Source: Takakia lepidozioides (Eukaryota; Plantae; Bryophyta). From it: a stretch of 64,000 bases of DNA. Shown here one piece after another: positions 11,828-24,059 of this stretch (the first letter of the stretch is position 1; the number at the start of each line of letters is the position of its first letter). The stretch covers positions 31,124,001-31,188,000 of the forward strand of contig CM060731.1 of the NCBI GenBank assembly GCA_030704615.1, given 5' to 3'. A program made the translations under genes and the position numbers. Under the pieces are notes generated by a model. The model was not told the DNA's origin, made no database searches, and saw only the letters and a list, made by a program, of their open reading frames with translations.

Positions 11828-13171
11828 TCTTTTCCCCAGCCTGTATATGAATCAAGGCCTCTGCATCTTATATGCAAGTGGTGGCATTGCCAAGTGTTGC
11901 TGAAGTCTGCAGGATATCTGTGAGCTTTCTTACCTTGACTTTACTCTCTGGCAATGGGTGCAAAACACAGGCTAATGATGTAAGGATGGTAACAACGGAG
12001 CCAAGGGGGAGGGGGGCTTACAGTGGAGCGTTTAACATGGCTGGAGACACAGTTCAGCAAGCATACAAAGAGAAATGAAATGGTACTTTATAATGTCCAC
12101 GGAAAGGTCAAATAGCTTATGGGACAGTTTTGTTCCTTCTAATCCATTTTCCAATCCAAGGACGTAACAGGAGTGGGTTCACAAAATTCTTGGAAACCTG
12201 GCTTTGTGTTCTTTGACTTCTATGCCCACTGAGCTGAGATATCAGCATTGAGAATATCTCAATACCATAATGGTCAATCTTGATGGTTCTTGATTGGGGT
12301 GCTAGGGAGTTCCGGCAACAGAGCTGTCAATACCCAAAATGCTGACCCTGGGGGCCATGATCCATTTAATAGCATGTGTTGATGTGGAGTTTAGCCTTCT
12401 CCCTTCTTGGTAAGTCTCTCCTTTCTACAGAAGGCTCAGGTTATGTTCCGACCTGCTTGCAGAACAGCATTGATAAGATCTGATGTTGTCCACCGGGATT
12501 TGAATTTGGATTTTATGAGATTGTGTTTACTAACCCATACACAAAAGGCCTACAGAAGTAGCACATAGTCTTGGCTGTAGACCCTCTTAAGGATTGGCTA
12601 AAAGCTCTAGATATGTACTATCGATCCAATTCTGGGACGATAGAGGTCCCAGATCTAAATACTGTAGCCCTTGGAAATTTTGGATGAGTTGCAAGTAGCC
12701 CAGATATGAGTGGTAAAGTCACGAGTCTACAGAACGTGCTTGTCTGGAGAAGACGAAGCGGAAGTGGGAGATCTGTGATGAAGCTCATCACACTAGTGTT
12801 TGAAGGTGGGTGCCTTCTCTCTCCCAACAAGACACACCGCGCGGTCAACCGCGACGGCTGACAGACGATTGTCGACCCTTATAATTCATCCATCACAGCA
12901 CGTATCAAGCCTTGATTATTAATCAAGGGCCGGCCGGACAGCACAATTCATCCATATACTGACAAACGACATCCATGACGACAAAAAGAACCCAAGCAAC
13001 ACTACAGACAAGTTGTTCTATTCGCCGGTCCGAAGCACTGTCCTTCAGATACGAACATCAAGCGCTCTGCGAGCAGGTGTTTATCCCTTGAGTAAGGAGA
13101 TATACCGGAGGATAAATGGTCTGAAGTATTGCTTTTTGTGATGTCTGCGGGCAGCTTGAAGCTTTGTAGCT

Positions 13172-15334
13172 ATGGCCGCCGCGAGCTTGTCATCGGCACC
13201 GTGCTTCTCTCACCCTCGGGAGCTTGCGAAGGCCTGCCCCCCACGAGATTCCTTTCAATTACATCTTCCTTCCAAGATCCCAACAAGAATTTCGTTTCTC
13301 TCTGCATCATCGTCTTCTTGGGATCAATTCCAACAGGTCATACTCTTTCTCTCTATCTCTCTCTCTCCAACTTTGAAAGTCACGAGGCTGAGTCAAAATC
13401 CCAGGCCGTCACATCCTGGCCGAGTTGGATATGATACTTTTTAGTAGAATGTTGATGCCAGCCCTTAAACCAGCTAGAGTAATCGGCCTGACATGGGACA
13501 GTTCATTGGCTGTGTGAAGTTATGGCAGTTCTGATACGGGATGGTCTTGAATCCTATAGAACAGCAACTTATGATTATACTCTCTAGTTTTCCTTCTCTT
13601 TTTGGCTTCCTGTGGACTTGGTGAAGTTCCTTCCTTTCTTCCTTTCTCTCTCATATTTTGCAATTGTGGTGTTGCTTGGTGCAGGTGAAGTGTGCGGATC
13701 CTTGTTCAAGGCCCAGTCTTTTCGCTGTGAGATGTGACAATCGTGCTTCCAGCATGTGCTCCGAGCCATTGCCAGAGATCAGAGCCAATCCACAACACCT
13801 TCAATGGATGGCCGCCAGAATTGTGAGTGTATGTCAGTTAAAGATGTGTGTGAATGTGAATATGCTGACACTCTGTTAAGAGGTTTTTTCCGAAGGTCGT
13901 GTCAATTACTATGATCAGATCAGCTGTCCATATTCTTCACAGTGGGGAGCTTTGAACAAGATGAATAGGGCACTGCAATCGGACTCTACATGGTCCTGGG
14001 TCTAAATGCACTCAGGCCCTATTATGGAGGTCGCGTCCCGGGTCCACCCAGTAGTGGTCTTTTACCTACTTCGACTGTTCTACAAGAAGCCTTGACCCTG
14101 TACGGCCGCTGCCTTTGTCAGGAGGTGAGCATAGTGATTTAGTGGTCAACACACTGGAATTGGGTATCTCAACAAGTAGTTAAACACTGTCCCAGGTTTT
14201 CTGGGCAGCATTTGTGCTGGTTGTTGGGGCGTTTTCCAGTGCGGCAATTGCAGCTCCGGCTGGGAACTCTATAGGAACTTCAAGTCTGGGCCTGAAGGTG
14301 GCCTCTTTAATGCGGGGCTCAGGCTGGCCTGATGAAGCGGTGGTGTTTGTGATAGCCATGCTTCCAGTTCTTGAGCTTCGTGGAGCAATCCCAATGGGTT
14401 ACTGGCTGCAGATTCCCCCATTGACTGCCTACATGTTGGCTGTGGCAGGGTATGTTACTTTTTCACCCCTCTGGCCATACTGGTATATTGACTGGTCTTA
14501 TGATGCTCTCCTGGTCATCTCTCTCGGTCTGTCCCCTAAGCTCTTTGGATTCATGTGGAAGTTAGAAAGTTTTGTTTTCTTCTGTCTGTGACTAGCAGTG
14601 CGCCTTGTGAGCCAACACAAGTTATGTCAGAGTCAACATTATGCTAATAGTAGTTGTTCCAGCCCTTGCCTGTATTAGAGTTTTAGAGGTGAGTTTCAGA
14701 TGGTGGTGGTTGAGTATCCCTTGGAGGGAGACTCTCTAATTAAGGTTGTGCATCTAATCTTGCAACCTATTGTGAGATTCCAACAGAAAATCACATGACA
14801 TGGACATAAAGATTGAACGTTGCATCTTATTGTGTGAGGTAGTGAATTTTGCTTCAGTCAAGCCTTGACGGAAGCCTGATCATTCTAAGCTGGTGTACTC
14901 TATGCAGGAATATGGTGCCAATACCCTTCATCCTCATTTATTTGGGAAGGCTGTCAAAATTTGTGGCTTCGAAGAGTGAGGGAGCAAACAATCTAGTCAA
15001 CTTGTTCTTGGAGAACACAAGACAAAAAGCAGCACCGATTCAGGAATTTGAATGGCTTGGACTTATGCTGTTTGTTGCAGTTCCATTGCCTGGAACGGGG
15101 GCATGGACTGGGGGGATTGCAGCATCAATTTTGGGTATGCCCTTTTGGGAGGCCCTTTCAGCAAATTTTGTGGGGGTTTTGTTGGCAGGCATTCTGGTCA
15201 ATCTCCTTGTGAGTGTGGGTGTTAGATATGCAATTTTGGTGTGCATCGCATTTTTCTTTATCTCCACCTTCATGTGGAGTTTTCTTAGGATGCTTCAAAA
15301 GAAAAAGGATGTGAAGTCTGAACCCACAATTTGA
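13172..15334 (+). CDS. Small multidrug export family (Sm_multidrug_ex-like) membrane protein, probably plastid-targeted; exons 13172-13336, 13685-13822, 14196-14449, 14908-15334
   Basis: Motifs AMLPVLELRGAIPMGY, GNMVPIPFIL and GLMLFVAVPLPGTGAWTG. Ser/Ala-rich N-terminus resembles a transit peptide. All three introns are GT-AG with matching phases (0,0,2). Confidence 0.85.
13367..13407 (+). mobile_element. Tiny fragment of the same LINE family directly after a (TC)n run in intron 1
   Basis: ccaactttgaaagtcacgaggctgagtcaaaatcccaggcc versus LINE ccaactttgaaagtctcgaggctgagccaaaagcccaggcc. Confidence 0.7.
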
Positions 15335-16479
15335 GTTCAACTTCCGAATTAGATGTAGGGTGAATGGAGAGGCAATGGTCGCCGTCATGTTCTACTTTGA
15401 TAAGATTGACCACTGCCATATGACTATTGCTGACATGACTAAAGGTGGCCCCATAGTCTTGAGATAACCAAGCTTGCAATGTAGCATATGCAAGTATTTT
15501 GGCATGTGACCCATTAGCAAGAGTGGCATCTTCAGTTATGAAAGGGATATGCTCTTACCTATGATGACACACTTCTATTGTCAGTAAGAGGAGACATGAC
15601 AGGCGAGGCTTAGTTAAAAAACCCAGTTTTGTAGTGCGACCACTCTTTTGTAAGGCAGTTTGCAGGGGAGTCATTGTTGGAGTCAAAAGAGAATCTCCCT
15701 GAGATCTGTCATTAAGATTCTCTCCAATGGGTCCATTGTCTCTGTGGATGCAAGTGTTTTCCTCTAATTGGAAGGATAACAGAAAATGTAACCAACCTGA
15801 AATGATGGGTAACACATACCGTCATTTACTTCTATCATTAAAACACATCGACATCTAGCCTGCTGATCAGACTTATCTTTCTATGCTATTGATAACAGGA
15901 CAATGCGACGAAGCCTTGAATCAAGTATTGCCTAGGCAGTTATGAGAACAGATTGTCACTGCAGCAGAGCTTGAATTTTGTGGAGGGTGTGTTCCACGTT
16001 TTTCCAACAGTGGATTGTCCTCATGACCAAGTTGAAGCTGCCTTTTCCTTCCTTGTCGTAATACTAAATAAAAGATGAAAACCAGCTGTATGGTATTCGC
16101 AATTGCAAGCTGCCATGTCTTGTTGATTTCCCTTGCATGTTCACAAGGCTTGTAAAATTCTTTCATGGCAGAATGGAACTGTAGCCTGTACAGAGGGAAG
16201 GGATGCAGACAAAAAGAAGATAGGGGCTGAAATACGCAGCTGCTTGATGGCCATCATTCCACAGCAGGTTTCTAAACATTGAACCATCAAAAGTGGCTGT
16301 ACAGCTGCAGAGCCAGAATCATGTGAAAGTACCTTCAAGCTTCCGCCCAAACCAACAAAGATTGTAAAACATGAACATATCATCAACCAGGGCACAAGGC
16401 ATGTTGTTTCAGTAGGTTGAATTTCACCAGCCAGGACTGTTTCTTATACTGATTCATCCCCAGTTTCTGATGTATAATA

Positions 16480-17995
16480 AACGACCCCCAAGACTTTGCT
16501 GCACACTGGCGCTGATGAGCCCAAAAGCACTAGCCAACTTCTCACTGTGGTGGCAAAGAGAAATTTCCTTTTGCTCCTCCTCCACATCATGCATCATACA
16601 AAGCATGTTTCAGACACAGACCCAGCATCCTTCATCTGCCCAGACAATCTCTCCAGCTCAGCATGGATTTCCTCAATTTGTGCGTGTGATTTGTCTTCTA
16701 CACCAAATGTATGCACCTGGTTGGCAACCTCAATGGAGCTGCATCCTTGCTCCTTTCTGATACTACTGTCCTCCATGTCCTTTCTCACCTTTGCTTTACC
16801 TTCCCGCCTGCCAGCTGCAGCATAGATGTTGGATAAGAGGACATAACTTGCAGTGTGCTCTGGGTCGCACCTGAGGAGAAATTTTGCTACATGTTCTGCT
16901 AGTTCCACATCACCATGAATTCTGCAGGCACCAAGCAAGGCCCCCACATGCTTGGCATATCCTGCTATCACAATATTCCATGTAGACTTATCCCGTTCAG
17001 GTATTTTGTCAAGCAACTGGCATGCATTCACCAAACTCCCGCACTTGGCATACAAGTTAAGAAGGGTGTGAGTAGAAAAAAGTTTGGCTGGAGTCCACTT
17101 AGATTATGTGGGCATGAACCTGCCTTCCCGTTTTAGGTCTTCAACACTCCTGCAAGAGACAAACGTAAGTGTTGGAGTCTGCTGAATACATTGTTGGTTC
17201 AAAATGTGCAGCGCCTCTCTCAGTTTTCCTGCCTTACACAGTGTGCCTCACATTCCCACTAGTACCAGGGGAGTTCTTGTTGACTCCCTCTCCCTGCTCT
17301 TTCAAAAGCAGTGGTAATGGCGGAGTTGCCCAATTCAAACAACTTGTGTGATTCAACCTTGATAGTTACAAACCTTCACACAACATCTCTCCAAGCGCCT
17401 GGATAGTTCAAAGAATGATTTATCCTTGAGGACTGCTACATATTCACAGGGTTGCAAAACTACTGCAGCTGATTACTTTGAGAAATAACTGTACCAGTTT
17501 TCTCTATTTGAATTCGAACCCTTGAACATTGTAGATACACCCACATTTTTGGCCTGAAGCTTGTACTTCGTCCTCTAACATGGCAGCTAGCTCTGCTTTC
17601 AAGCAAGGGGAGTTTGCCCACCCCTCAATCCAAAGGACATCGTTTGTGCACTTATGTCGGAGTTCGGGTGATCTTGTATGTTTCTGTGAGAACCACGACA
17701 GTATTTTAACCACAGGCTACACCCACCCAGCTCCCACATCTTTGAAATGGTGCACTGATAGCAACAGTGAAAACTGCTTTTGCGCTAACATTGTGGCAAC
17801 CAGAGACATAGTTGTTGTTTTAACGGTATAGTGATTCATCCACTCCACCCTACAACAGCATGCTAGCTTCAGTTACAAGACCTCCTTGACATGTCCCAAG
17901 TGAAGATAGTTTCACCTTGTAAAATCTGTTGTCCCACCATTTTGAAGGATCTGAGAGGAACTCCTGCCAGAGTTGGTCTTTGCTCATTGCTTGAT
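16480..17995 (-). pseudogene. Degenerate PDF-motif/PPR/E/DYW pseudogene, tandem paralog of the 18716-23394 gene
   Basis: Exon 17995-17916 encodes DQLWQEFLSDPSKWWDNRFYK. Exon from 17683 encodes KHTRSPELRHKCTNDVLWIEGWANSPCLKAELAAM. These are followed by frameshifted PPR remnants (NTYVCLLQEC, YAKCGSLVNA), E motifs (GALLGACRIHG, YVLLSNIYAAAG) and a truncated, frameshifted DYW (HHSEKLA). Confidence 0.8.
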
Positions 17996-18715
17996 CTGCG
18001 TTGCAGCTTAAAACTGCCTCAGTCTCAATTGTGGAGAGCCAGTGCTTACGAGTTATTGCTTGTTTATTTTCTGACCATAAAGAACTCCTCTAGCCAAGAA
18101 GGTAGTTTCTGCTTGGATGGGTCAAGCACAATGTGGAGCACCCAACGAAAAATGTGCACAGGCATTTCCATTTCTGTACCTTTCCTCCGCACCCCTGGAA
18201 GCGACAAAGCCATCATCCAATCCCATTGGATTGGGCTAGCTTTCAGCAACATTCATGCAAGGTAGTCAAGAGCTCTATCTGAAGCAGCACCACAAGAAAC
18301 ATACAAACATGTCCAAATTAAGATGCTGAACAAACTTGTGCACAGGGCTGCCCCTCTAATGAAGCTCATTACGAATTGTATTCGCTTCAATCTTCACGGT
18401 GTGGAGAAGCTCCACTACCCAGACCAAAATTAGGACAGCACTCTGATTTTCTTCCACTATCACCAGAGTCAGTCCAAAGCCCCCCTTAACTCATTACCTG
18501 CTCCAGTCAAGTGCAATTATGGGCTGACTTCCCACCTATGCTGGGTAGACCCCACTATCATTTCCTGTGGATATGCCACAGGAAATGCCCTCAACAGTAC
18601 AACATGGTCAATATTCTCAGGAAATGGTGGTCAATATTCTCAGTGGATGGATTGAGTACCTACACAGATCAATGAATGAAGCAAGACACTCGCACCTTTC
18701 CAGAAAAACATCGGT

Positions 18716-21700
18716 TCACCAGTAATCCCCACAAGAACAAACCCCATCTTCAAAGTGGTGAAAGCGGTTAGCGTCCCGTACAACAATTGCTCGGCCAACA
18801 ATCTTGGAGATTAACTTGGTGGAGGTGTGGCAGTCACCACACACCCGAAGATTCTTGATGAGACGGAGAGGCGTTCTAGGGGCCGTACTGATCAGCCCAA
18901 GACCAATGGCCAGCTTCTCACTGTGGTGGCAAAGAGAAAATTCCTTTTGCTCCTCCCCCACATCATGCAATACAAAGCGCGTGTCAGGCACATACCCTGC
19001 CTCCTTCATCTGCCCAGATAATCTTCTCAGCTCAGCATGGATTTCCTTTATTTTGGGGTGCAATTTGTCATCTACAACGAAGGTGTGCACCCTGTTGCCA
19101 ACCTCAATGCAGCAGCAACCTGGCTCCTTTCTAACCCCTCTGACCTTCATCATTTTTCTCACCTTTGCACTATCGTCCCACCTTCCAGCTGCAGCATAAA
19201 CGTTTGATAGCAACACATAAGTCGCAGCATCCTGTTCATCCCACTTGAGAATAGATGTAGCTGCACGTTCAGCCATGTCCACATTGCCATGGATTCTGCA
19301 GGCACCAAGCAAGGCCTTCCACACCACAACATCTGGTTTGATTGGCATTTTATTAATGAGGTCCTCTGCCTCATCCAATTGCCCCGCACGTCCAAGAAGG
19401 TCCACCATGCAGCCAAAGTGCTTTAGTGTCGGAGTGACACAATGATCTTGACTCAGGGAATCAAAGTAGCGCCTTCCCTCATCCAGTAGGCCAGCGTGGC
19501 TGCATGCAGAGAGAACACATATATAGGCAATGCTGTCCGGCTTCAAGCCTTCCTTTTGCATTCCTTCAAATAGTTGCAGGGCCTCCCTATGACTACCATG
19601 CTGGGCATATCCTGCGATCATTGCTTTCCAGGACACCACATCTCGTTCGGTCATATTGTCGAACACTCCCTTTGCATCCTCAATGCACCCACATTTGGCA
19701 TACATGTCCACGAGGGTATTGTTCAGAATGACATCTGGTACAATTCCAGCTTTGATGATGTTACCATGGACCTCTTTGCCCTTTTCCAGGGCTGCCAGGC
19801 TCGCACACGCATTGCAAACGCAAACAAATGTGATGTGGTTGGGCTTCATCCCTTGCCGCATCATTTGCTTGTAGGTCTCCAAAGCCTCCACCCCGCGCCC
19901 CTGCTGTGCATATCCTGCAATCATCACATTCCATGACACCACATCTCGTTCAGCCATATTGTCGAACACACGCTTTGCATCCTTGAGGCACCCACACTTG
20001 GCATACATGTCCACGAGGGTACTGTTCAGAATGACATCTGGTACAATTCCAGCTTTAATGATGTCACCATGGACCTCTTTGCCCTTTTCCAGGGCTGCCA
20101 GGCTTGCACACGCATTGCAAACGCAAACAAACGTGATGTGGTCAGGCTTCACCCCTTCCTGCATCATTTGCTCATAGGTTTCCAAAGCCTCCATCCCGCC
20201 CCCTTGCTGTGCATATCCTGCAACCATCGCGTTCCATGACACCACATCTCGTTCAGCCATATTTTTGAACACTCCCTTTGCATATTCGATACTCCCACAT
20301 TTGGCATACATGTCGACCAGGGCAGTGTTCAGAATGACATCTGGTACAATTCCAGCTTTGATGATGTCACCATGGACCTCTTTGCCCTTTTCCAGGGCTG
20401 CCAGGCTTGCACACGCATTGCAAACACAAACAAATGTGATGTGGTTGGGCTTCATCCTTTCCCGCATCATTTGCTCATAGGTCTCCAAAGCCTCTATCCC
20501 ACACCCCTGCTGTGCATATCCTGCAATCATTGCGCTCCATGACACCACATCTCGTTCAGCCATATTGTCAAACACTCCCTTTGCATCCTCCATGCTTCCA
20601 CATTTGGCATACATGTCCACAAGAGTATTGTTAAGAATGACATTTGGTACAATTCTAGCTTTGATGATGTCACCATGGACCTCCTTGCCCTTCTCCAGGG
20701 CTGACAGGCTTGCACACGCATTGCAAACACAAACAAACGTGATGTGGTCGGGCTTCACCCCTTCCTGCATCATTTGCTCATAGGTCTCCAAAGCCTCCAT
20801 TCCACGCCCCTGCTGTGCATATCCTGTGATCATCGCACTCCACGACACCACATCTCGTTCAGCCATGTTGTCGAACACTCCCTTTGCATCCTCGATGCTC
20901 CCACATTTGGCATACATGTCCACGAGGGTACTGTTCAAAATGACATTTGGTACAATTCCAGCTTTGACGATGTCACCATGGACCTCTTTGCCCTTTTCCA
21001 GGGCTGCCAGGCTCGCACACGCTTTGCAAACACAAACAAACGTGATGCGGTCAGGCTTCACCCCTTCCCTCATCATTTTCTCATAGGTCTGCAAAGCCTC
21101 CATCCCGCGCCCCTGCTTTGCATATCCTGCGATCATCGTGCTCCATGACACCACGTCTCGTTCGGCCATATTGTCGAACACTCCCTTTGCATCCTCAATG
21201 CACCCACATTTGGCATACATGTCCACGAGGGTACTGTTCAGGATGACATCTGGTACAATTCCAGCTTTGATGATGTCACCATGGACCTCTTTGCCCTTTT
21301 CCAGGGCTGCCAGGCTTGCACATGCATTGCAAACGCAAACAAACGTGATGTGATTGGGCTTCACCCCTTCCCACATCATTTGCTTATAGGTCTCCAAAGC
21401 ATTCCTACCACACCCATGCTTGGTAAATCCTGCCATCATTATATTCCACGTGATCAAACAGCGTTGAGGCATTCTGTTGAATACTTGGTGAGCATCCGCG
21501 ATACTCCCGCACTTAACATACATGTTGACAAGGGCGTTGTGTAGAAAAACGTTTGGCTTGAATCCACTTTGGATAATGTGAGCATGCACCTGCTTTCCAG
21601 CTTCCAGGCTTTTCATCTTGATACAATTACGCAAGAGACAGACATAAATATCTGAATGTGCTGAAATGCCTCCTTGGTTTAAAGTCTGTAGAGCCTCTTT

Positions 21701-23394
21701 CAGTCGCCCTGTCTCACAGAGCATCCTCACATGCCCAGAAGTGCCAGAAGAGGCATTAAGGACTCCCTCTCTTTGTCCTCTTTTGGAAGCTGTGGTCATG
21801 GTCGAGGTGCCTGACTTCATCAGCTGCATCGCTGCTGCTGCTGCTGCTTCCAGTTGACCATCCACCCATGCAGGGTTCTTGTAGCTATCAATCCACAGCA
21901 AATCAAAGGTAATCTTGTGCTTCAATCCGTCCCTCTTGGATGCATCTGGACCCACACTCTATCCCTGCTCCTTCAGCCATCCCTCCCTCTGCACAAAGCA
22001 TGCGTACATCCTTGCCTTGCTGCTACCAGCTGACAATGACACAGCCCAGATTTGTCCTAGCAAAATACCCCAACCCTACTTATCACACTAGTTTCTATGC
22101 TGAATTGTGTCTACTTCTCTCTGTAATCTAGCAGGCGTTCACCTTTTTGTCTCGATTGTCCCACCATTGACTGGGGTCAGAAAAATATTCATTCCAGAGC
22201 TTCTCCTCGTCTCTATTAGCTGCTTCTCTGCTACCACATTGGCAGTAACATGTGAAAAATAACTCAACACCATCATAGATCCACCCAACGAGCTTACTTG
22301 CAGAATTCAACATGAAAAATTAGGAACGACTCTGATAAGAGGGCAAAATAGGCTGAAATGTGTTGAAGAAGAAGGTGGCCTCACCATATTGACCTTGTGC
22401 CATGAAAGCAGCTAGCTTTTGTTCAACCAGGGAGGTTTCAACCAACCATCAACCCAAAATGACCTCTTGTGTGTAAACACCAGGAGAAATACCAAATCAT
22501 GATACTAACAGGAAGAGCCCCCATTTGCAGGATGGACAAACTTATTCACATCATACATTAAGAGAGTCACACCTGGTGATTGCGAATGTCCCACCATTGA
22601 GAAGGATTTTTAAAAAACTCACGCCAGCTCTGCTCCATGCTCTAAAGTAGACCTATGTGCCCGAAAATCCCACAGCATCAACATTTGCACAAGTTCCCTC
22701 ATGGAGGAGTGCCAGTGACCATTCAACAACATTCAAGCAAGTCACTTTGGGCTCCATTTGACTCCACAACGAGGAACATTCGAACATGTCCAAACTTACA
22801 CAAATGCTAATCTTGTAGTCTGCAGATTTTGATTTTGGAGTGGTCTGTGAAAACGACCAACGACCAGGAGGCAGCTGAGCAGCCACAGTCTCAACCCTCC
22901 CAAGTCCCTTGCAAAGTCCAGGGAAAAGACCTTGCACATCCTACTGTCATGCCCAGCTCAGGAAGAACAAGCTCGATACGGACAGTAGAAGCAGGTTTTG
23001 CAAAGCATAGCGAGATTCTGACTTCACTCAACAACGGTACGATCCAGTCCACACAATACGACAATCAATATCCCTTTCTCATCCTACATGAAGAAAGCTC
23101 ACCTTGTCAAGGCTACTGTCCCACCATTGTGAAGTATCTTTGAAGAACTCCTGCCAGCACCGTTCCATGCTCCAGCGTTGACCTACACACCAGATATACC
23201 AATTATCGGCCTTGCTTAACGATCCCGTGCGCAAAACGATCTTTGCCCATAGTACATTAGTTTCTGCTGAATTGCGCAAAACATTCCGAGCTGGATCCGA
23301 CGGCGCATACACACAATACATCGACACCATAAAAGGAAACCGCAAAGTGCTTTGTGTCATTACCTAATTTGAATGGCATCCCTGAGGGCGCCAT
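18716..23394 (-). CDS. PLS-class PPR-E-DYW RNA editing factor with N-terminal OSB-type PDF motif exons; main exon 21958-18716, upstream exons ~23394-23364, 23182-23103, from 22844, 22641-22573, ~22230-22143
   Basis: 1079-aa ORF with about 23 P/L/S motifs, E1/E2, PG box, HSEKLA, CGDCH and terminal DYW. The ORF start (KHKITFDLLWIDSYKNPAWVDGQL) and upstream exons (WxEFFxxPSQWWD) are PDF-motif halves. The 5' exon chain is uncertain. Confidence 0.85.
19560..21480 (-). repeat. About six highly similar 303-bp (101-aa) P-L-S triplet repeats
   Basis: gcatatcctg recurs at ~19605, 19908, 20211, 20514, 20817 and 21120. Confidence 0.95.
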
Positions 23395-24059
23395 AGCCAA
23401 CACAATACACTCCGTCGTCTGCGCAGTGCCAAGGGGGACAGCAGCCTCCTCTCTCAACCCACCTGCTCTCTTCTCTCTACCTGCCAACAGCTTCGGAAAA
23501 TTTGGTCTTAGTGCAAAGCAATAAACTTATCTCTGCTTTGTGTCTTGCACTGAACAACCTTAGAATATGAACTTAACCCTTAACTTCCTACCCATAGAGC
23601 TTTTAGCCCCACAGCTTTCTTTAGCCCTGGGTAGTAAAACCAAGCCCACCAACCATATCACATCCAAAGACTGACTGAACCTTACACTACCGTCCCAACA
23701 TGCACATTTTTTTCTAATGTGCGACTCTCATATTCTCCGTGAGAGGTGAACTTATGGGCCGTTTGGTCTAATGTAGAGAGGCAGAGAGCTGTTGAGAAGG
23801 AATGAATGAATGCTTCACTCTTGACACACCTACCTTTAGAGATACTCATTAATTAGGAGTACCGTTGATCTCTTCGGCGGCTCAGATATGATGACTTGGC
23901 CTGCAGCCAATTGCACCGTGGCAGGTGGAGATGACTCATTTCTTGACATGGCTTTATAAAAGAACCTCTACAAAAGGGAAAGAGGCATCGGTAAGGTTGA
24001 AGGGATGGCAAGACAATTGAATGATCTTGGTGAGACAACATCAAATGCAGCAATTGTGA

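Noticed and set aside
18716-19140. Possible U-to-C (DYW:KP-type) editing factor
   Set aside because: Both intact genes have a PG box, HSEKLA, CGDCH and a terminal DYW, which is the canonical C-to-U type.
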